Shown one piece after another: positions 57,281 to 64,000 of a stretch of 64,000 nt of DNA. The stretch is from contig OZ024742.1 in assembly GCA_964016885.1 (NCBI GenBank), positions 251,534,001-251,598,000 on the forward strand, read 5' to 3'. The DNA is from Eledone cirrhosa (Eukaryota). The position numbers and the translations under genes are program-made. Each line of letters opens with the position of its first letter. The first letter of the stretch is position 1. The notes beneath the pieces are model-generated. The model was not told the DNA's origin and did not search any database. It saw only the letters and a program-made list of their open reading frames with translations.

Positions 57281-57496
57281 GTTTCTTATATAGGCACAAG
57301 GCCAGCAATTTTGGGGGAGGGGAAAGTCGATTAAAGTGCCTCCAATGCGTGACTGGTACTTTATTTTATCGACCCCGTAAGGATGAAAGGCAAAGTTAAG
57401 CTCGGCGGGATTTGAACTCAGATCATAAAGAGCTGTAACTCTATGCTGCAAAGCATGGTTTCCGACCCTCTACCGATACTGCCAATCCACCGCCCT
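57281..57496 (-). mobile_element. SINE family 1, full length with 17-bp TSD
   Basis: GGAGGTACTCAATAATG at 57264-57280 and 57497-57513; A-box tggcagtatcgg and B-box gagttcaaatcc. Confidence 0.93.
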
Positions 57497-57524
57497 GGAG
57501 GTACTCAATAATGAAAGTTAATGA

Positions 57525-59290
57525 ATGAAACATTTGTTACTCCAAACCCCCAAGGTCATCCTCAAACTAGATCTAAGGAATGCTTTTAATTCCATCAGTC
57601 GGGATGTCATCCACCATTCAGTAAAGGAGAGGGCCCCACAGCTTTACCACTTAGCTTGGCAAGCCTATCGGGAGCCCTCCTCCCTCACCTTCGGCGACTA
57701 TTTCCTACTATCTGCCACAGGGATCCAACAAGGTGACCCGCTAGGAATTGCTCTTTTCGCACTGGGTATTGATGACGTCACCAAGATAGGAGTCGACCTG
57801 GATCTGTATATCCCGTATCTAGATGATGCTTACTTGTCGGGGTCCTCCGGGGTTCTTGCAACCGCGAAGAAAATGATTGAGGAGCTGGGTCGCAGGCCTT
57901 CACGTCAACAGTTCCAAATGCGATCTCTGGCTCCTAAACCACCCAGCTTCACATCAGCAGAGTCCTTCTCCTCCATCGCGGTTCCTTCCACATCAGCGTA
58001 GTGCTCCCTTGGAGCCCCAATTACTGACCAAATCTTCCAGATCATCTTTCTAACTAAGTTGGCTAACCTTAAGCAACTTTTTAAAAAACTTCGAAGTCAT
58101 TGAGCCTCACTAAGGTGTTTTTTTTTTATACTTGGGAATTATTTGTCAATCCCTAAATTGTTGTATTTCCTCAGAGTTAGTCCCTCTTACAAATTCTCAT
58201 CGTCTCTCCAACACTTCGACGACCTCATATTCAGTGAGCTCGAGGGTTTGGTCAATGTCCAACTCTGTTCAGAGTCTCACGACCAAGCTGCTTTGCCCAA
58301 ACGGTTTGGAGGTCTCGGTCTGCGCAAATGCACATACTTGCCTCTACCTTGCTTCCACACTTGCTCCTCTTTTGTGGGTATCATCCTCTCCTTCCCAACT
58401 TCGATTAGTTCCACCAGGAAGATAGATGTAGTTTGACTATAGTGGAGAGAGCTGGCTATGTCAGTTACCGATACTAATGAGGATAGGCGGAAGCAGAGAG
58501 TATGGGCCAATCTGCATTCGGGGAAAACTTTTAACTCTCTCTCTCTCTCCCTCTCTCTCTTTGATCATTCCGATCAATTTTCTTGGTGCCGCTTAATTTC
58601 TACAAGCGCAAAGTTTTCGGGGGAATGGATTGATGTCCTGTCTGTAGCCAACATTGGTGGCCTTCTCAATCAGGACAAGCTCCGCATCTCCATTGCACTT
58701 CAAGTGGGAGCTGACGTCTGTGGGGGGGGGGGGTCTAAGATGTTGCTGTGGTAGGTCCCTGGACTACACAGGTCTACATGGTTTGTCCTGCCGCCTGAAT
58801 GCTGGTCGTTTCGCCCGCCACACCGAGCCTACCTGATCAACAAACAGGCCCTGGCTCGAGTAAATATCCGCTGGAACCGGTAGGATTATCCAGGAGTGAT
58901 GGGAAGAGACCAGACCTTCTACCCCTTACCCTTTGTCACTGGGTAAGAGGTATGTGTCTCATCTGACACCACAATCAGTGATTCTTTTGCTCCCTCCCAT
59001 ATCATGGACGCGGCGGTAAAATGTGTCACTGATTGCGTTGCCGATTGGAATAACATTCGTAAATACTTGGATTTATCCAATAATAATTTTTTTCCAGCCT
59101 GTGACGTTCGAGACGTTTGGTGGAGTTGGGCCACCGATAGCGAAGTTCTTGTCATCACTGGCGGCTCGCCTTACTGAGGTGTCAGGTGATGCCCATGGGG
59201 GTGCCTGGCTGTTTCAACGCCTTAGACTCGCCATCACCCGTGGCACTGCTGCTAGCGTATTGGCTTGCCTCGGAGTGTTTAGTTAACTCA
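57525..59290 (+). mobile_element. CRE-clade non-LTR retrotransposon (RT + RLE), 5'-truncated and degraded
   Basis: KLDLRNAFNSI, GIQQGDPLG, YLDD, GGLGLR, HGLSC..RH, DGKRPD, FETFG, QRL..AITRG.AASVL. Confidence 0.88.
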
Positions 59291-59849
59291 CTTGGTGGTC
59301 GTTTTTGTTTTTTCCACCCACCCCTTTAATTTCTCTCTTTTTATGCGTTTACATTTGGGTTTATCAACATTATATTTGTAATGTTCTTCTGGACGATTTG
59401 TGAGCAATTTATAATGTTATTTACGCATTTATAATGTTATTTATGTATTTATGTTTATATTTAAAGCATATTTAAATATTAATGTTATTTATACAACTGT
59501 GAATAAAATATATCTTAACATAGTTTCTAATATCAATAGCGCTATAATATTTACTTGCTTTCTACAGGTGTTTTATTCGTTGCTGGTTAATAATTTGACA
59601 AGTCACAATCGTTTCTTTTACACCGGCACAGCCGCCGCAAAATACCGGCTACTGCACACATACATACACACGCATACACACACACGGAACCAGACACAGA
59701 AAGCGAGTCGTGCGCGCGCCAGCGCGTCATCGTCGCCTACAGAAAGGGTCAATTGCCAGGTTTACTGGTTCCTCTGCCATACAACTCCACTAACTTCCAG
59801 TGAACCAGCTTCCTTATACCACACTAGTTGTCTGGGACTAGGATCTGAA

Positions 59850-60095
59850 TACTAAGGACACACTTACACAGTCTATTAAGGACACATTCACATATATATG
59901 CACTCACAAAAGCAATTAAGGACACACTTCTATACATACTTCTTACACTGGTAATTAAGGATATATATATACATATATATATATATATGTATACACACAC
60001 ACATACATCACACGGGCAATTAAGGACACATATATACAGTGGCAATTAAGGGCAAATTCACACATATCTATACACGCACCACACTGGCAATTAAT
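59850..60095. repeat. Degenerate minisatellite (gcaattaaggacacac-like unit)
   Basis: About 6 imperfect copies. Confidence 0.65.
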
Positions 60096-60426
60096 ACTAA
60101 AGTTGCTGCAAAGAGAATTTTTGACATATTTATTTTATATTCAAATGGAGACGAAAGGGTGTCAAATATTTTAGTCCAAATTTGTGGACTTATACTACAA
60201 TATTGGCACCAGCATTTACCATTGTAGTATATATACAATTATATATATATTTGTATATATATATGTATATTATACATATAATTATATTGAATATACCGAT
60301 AAATACATATTTATTTAAACTTGATATTTAAAATAATTTGTCGATATTTCTGAATTTACTTGTTCATTCCGTGCGAAGATACATTTTCACACTGAACACT
60401 TTGAAGGGATCTTAAAATCAAGCAAA

Positions 60427-60484
60427 ATGACTTCTTTCATCACAAAAGCAACGGAATATTATGATGACTTTTTAAAGACTGGAG
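60427..60484 (+). CDS. Possible first coding exon of a host gene (MTSFITKATEYYDDFLKTG|phase 1), reminiscent of ELOVL fatty-acid elongase N-termini
   Basis: AAAATG start context; open 58 nt ending G|GTAAGA; ELOVL genes have a phase-1 intron before the D-x-R motif; no second exon recognised. Confidence 0.3.
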
Positions 60485-60799
60485 GTAAGATAATATAATT
60501 GTGCTGCTAATTACTATTTCTTCTCTCTTCTGTTTATAAATCTGGCTAAATAATTCTTAAATCACCTGAGTTACCCTAGGTTATTTTATTACGCGCACAC
60601 ACACATTCACATATATTCATATACACATATGTTCACACAAACGTATTCATATATTAACATAGACACACATTCATCTACATACACACAAAAACGTACTTTT
60701 CACTTTTCCCTGCCTTTAAATGTCTGCATTATAGAAAGCTGTCTTGAAAAAAAAAAAAAAAAAGGTTTTTGTTTCAGTTCCTGCTTCCGAGCTGAACTA

Positions 60800-60855
<56 letters not shown>

Positions 60856-61011
60856 AATAGGTGCTTTATCTACAAGTGTACATAAAACGTTCAAACGTTA
60901 ACTGGATGAGCACTCAATACATGTGTGCAGGGTGATTAATGATTTATTTTCTGAAGAAAACGGTGGTAGTGTCTTCGAAGTTTGTGATTGCTTCTTCAAA
61001 CTATATATATA

Positions 61012-61185
61012 TACAGGACTAGAACTGTTTCATTCGTTTGGAATCATCAGGAAAGTACTTTCATACGAATGAAACAGTTCTAGTTCTGTAGAAGTAATTT
61101 CTATTTAAAACAAGATGTCTATACTCTATTAACATATTGAGCACTTTAACAGTGGTCACCTCCCGATACCTATCGGGAATCCAAC
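61012..61185. mobile_element. Tiny fold-back relative of the 22942-25045 element with hammerhead halves
   Basis: tacaggactagaactgtttcattcgt..catcagg / acgaatgaaacagttctagttctgtagaa; tail similar to rc of 22945-23020. Confidence 0.7.
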
Positions 61186-61527
61186 CATATATATATGTAA
61201 ATTCGTATATATACATCTACACACACATACATACACACACATGCATACACACACTGAGAAGTATGTGTCCGATTATAAAATGGTGGTGCGCTCGGTCATG
61301 ATATCTGCAGTTGAAGGAAAGTGTTTTTATAATTTATTTCGACTCGTTAATCGGTTAATTTCTGGGGAGATTTCTAATGACTCCACTAAAGGAATGTCAA
61401 GTTTTCATCTTCGAAAGGTTAGCTATGTAAATGGAGAGCAGATAACTGGAATGTGGGTGTGTCCATTACTATTTAGCTTTTGTCTGTGATACACACACTT
61501 ACGCATGTGTGCGTGGTGATGTCTATG

Positions 61528-61569
<42 letters not shown>

Positions 61570-61709
61570 TACACACACGCCCATAAAAATATATACACAT
61601 AACAGAGATACGTGTCTTATTTTTCATTATGTCTAGGTTTTCATCACTTTAAAATCTAACTTTAGTTTCAGTGTGTGTGTATGTGTATATATATATATAT
61701 ATATATATA

Positions 61710-62125
61710 ACCAAAGATTAATATGGTTCGTTGATTACTCAACGAATACAGTTTTACAATAAATTAGAAGCACTCAACCAAAAAGTTTTCCTGGAGTTTT
61801 TAATATTATTCAAAATGTTAACAAATGAAAAATATTCGCATAATCAAAATATATACTTTATTATATATATTTCAAAGGTACTGTGCTGTTTTTTTCAGTA
61901 CGTCCTCGTCAGACAAAATATGATTTGATATGACATACCGCATGGTCTTGATTATTCAATTCCCGTATTGCCAATACGGGAATTGAATAATCAAGACCGT
62001 AGCGGTATGTCATATATCAAATCATATATTTTGTCTGACGAGGACGTACTGAAAAAAACAGCTCAGTACCTTTGAAATATATATAATAAAGTATATATTT
62101 TGATTATGCGAATATTTTTCATTTA
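61710..62125. mobile_element. Fold-back mini-element (~145-bp arms, centre ttcccgtattg-ccaatacgggaa) with left extension and hammerheads
   Basis: Arms about 61823-61970 / 61972-62124 are reverse complements; TA-bounded. Confidence 0.92.
62029..62091 (+). ncRNA. Type I hammerhead ribozyme (mirror copy at about 61857-61919)
   Basis: ttttgt-CTGACGA-gg ac gtactg..cagtac ct tt-GAAA-tatata-TA-ataaag. Confidence 0.62.
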
Positions 62126-62132
62126 ACATTTT

Positions 62133-62190
<58 letters not shown>

Positions 62191-62689
62191 TACATGCACA
62201 CATTGTTTGGCTGTTTAACACACGTGTTACTATTCTGCCATTAAACCACAAAAAATAAGTAGGTGCTGTCTTATATATAACATACATATTCCAGTAATAT
62301 TTGTAGCGACAATTAAACTACAGATGTTGCAATCAAGTTTTTTTTTTACACAAACCGGTTGAAATATTAGTCAATATAAGTTGATAAATACGAGACTAGA
62401 TATTTTAAAGATACTATATTATATATATAACCGTAGTAGTTTTAATTTCTTGCCAAAGGGGATATCCAGAGTTTTAATAACATTCGTTTAGAAGCTAGAA
62501 GTTAAGGGAAAGTCAATTTGTATTTTTCTGTATGTTTAAAGCTAAATTTTCCCCAAATATAATATCTAATTGCTCCACACTTTCTCTTTTTTCTGTATTG
62601 CTCACTTCTAGATACAGTCCAGAGCTCCATTCCGTCTCTCCCCTAATCTCTTACACAAACACATACATACATACATACATATAACTCCA

Positions 62690-62904
62690 TATCTCACCCC
62701 TCTCTCTCTAATTATATAAGCTATGTCTCCTCCTCTCTCTCTTTTAGTTATATAAGCGGTCTCCTCCTCTCCCCTTCTTAAACATATAGCTCTGTTTCTC
62801 TTCCCTTTCACTTTTAGTTATATAAGCTAAGTTCCCCCACCCCGTTTTAGACATATAAGCTCTGTTCACACACACGCGTGTATGTATGTATGTATGTATG
62901 TATG

Positions 62905-62945
<41 letters not shown>

Positions 62946-62995
62946 TTAGACACATAAGCTCTCTCCACCCACTCTAACTATATAGGCTTTCTCCT
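62690..62995. repeat. Degenerate minisatellite (atataagctctg + CT-rich unit)
   Basis: About 7 imperfect copies. Confidence 0.6.
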
Positions 62996-63156
62996 CTCCC
63001 TTTCTCTCTAGTGTTGTACTTTGTCATCACGTGGTTTAGAGGTTAGCTCTCCCTTCCCCCGTCTGTTCCATAGCAATTTCATTACTACACACATTTCCCT
63101 TATTCTAATATTCTCATTGACTTAATTCACACATACTCTCTCTCGCTCTACATATG

Positions 63157-63205
63157 TATATCTGACGATCTTGTGGATGTACAGGTGAAACTCCGGAGTA
63201 ACGAG
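63157..63205 (+). ncRNA. Hammerhead core with disrupted stem I
   Basis: CTGACGA-t cttgt ggatgt acagg t-GAAACTC-cg-GAGTA; the 5' strand of stem I does not pair with acgag. Confidence 0.6.
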
Positions 63206-63519
63206 ACTCACCATTTAGCCGTAATATTGAAACTCTACGTTGGTATTGAGTACTGTCTAACGTCCATCAGTATCACACACACACACGAATCTTACAATTG
63301 GATTGCGGCCTGCAAGACTGTTGATCTTATCGACCCAAGTACACACACACCTCTCTAATGTATGAGATATTTGGGTACTTATTTTAACTATTTCAAGTTG
63401 TCGAACCTCTAAATTAAACGGATACAAAGGGACACAACATAAACACCACTGGTTTTTAAATCGGTGTTAACATTATACGTTGGAATAATAGTTTACCTTT
63501 AGCAAATTTCAGTCAAAGT

Positions 63520-63618
63520 ATTTGTGGAATCAAGAGCTACAGCAGTTAGCACGCTCCGAGATTGAACCCGAAACCATGTAGTTGTGAAGCTAATTTCTTA
63601 TCCACACATCCATGCCTG
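63520..63618 (-). mobile_element. Old tRNA-derived SINE head fragment
   Basis: ggcatggatgtgtggataag..ggtttcgggttcaatctc. Confidence 0.5.
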
Positions 63619-64000
63619 TGTGTGTATCATCATCTTTTTACATATTTTCTATTATGCTGGTATGGGTTAATCGAGTTAACATTGCTCTAGACTACACAAA
63701 TCGAAGAACCATGTTTTGCTTATACGTTCCATCTCTTGGCATGGTTAATTGCCCTTCCTAACGAATACTCTCTATCCTATATTATCTGCATTCGATCGCT
63801 AGCCACTTTACTAAGAGTTTTGGATGTACTTTATCGTACTGGAAAGGCTGTATTATTCATTGCAAGTCTAAAAGGGACCACTCCAGTCCAAATGGGACCT
63901 CTCAGTCCAAACTGTCTTCGGTCTCACACCGCATTTACTTTTAAAATAGCCGTGCTCGTTGTACTGGTGGGCGGTACTTTTAGCACGATAAAGTTGCCGG

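Noticed and set aside
59850-60095. Spaced short repeats resembling a CRISPR array (also 16030-16160, 51465-51605, 62690-62995)
   Set aside because: Degenerate units with low-complexity, related spacers; eukaryotic context; no cas genes.

Overview
This is eukaryotic, AT-rich, repeat-saturated DNA. The SINE families and microsatellite load resemble octopod cephalopods (inference from remembered consensus sequences, not a search). I see no confidently intact host gene, and the many 'YIYI/CVCV' ORFs are microsatellite artefacts. The window is a nest of decayed retrotransposons: Tx1/L1-clade, R4/Dong-clade (RLE), RTE-BovB-like, a second RTE family with a PHD-like finger, CRE-clade (RLE), and several Penelope-like elements (PLEs; RT + GIY-YIG). 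It also holds tRNA-derived SINEs, TA-flanked MITEs, a probable solo LTR and one tRNA-like gene with a GGC anticodon. The most striking unannotated structure is a set of about 11 fold-back (long inverted-repeat) units from unrelated sequence families, almost all bounded by (TA)n tracts. Alongside them are at least a dozen type I hammerhead ribozyme folds read by eye (CUGANGA/CCGANGA...GAAA...NUH with paired stems I-III), many inside those fold-backs or at PLE 3' ends. A short TGAGY(R)C-like motif often follows the ribozyme. Together these suggest a diverse, (TA)n-associated population of non-coding hammerhead mini-elements mobilised by PLEs. Two weak host-gene signals exist: a possible ELOVL-like first coding exon at 60427-60484 and a possible promoter/first exon on the minus strand near 43.7-43.85 kb.
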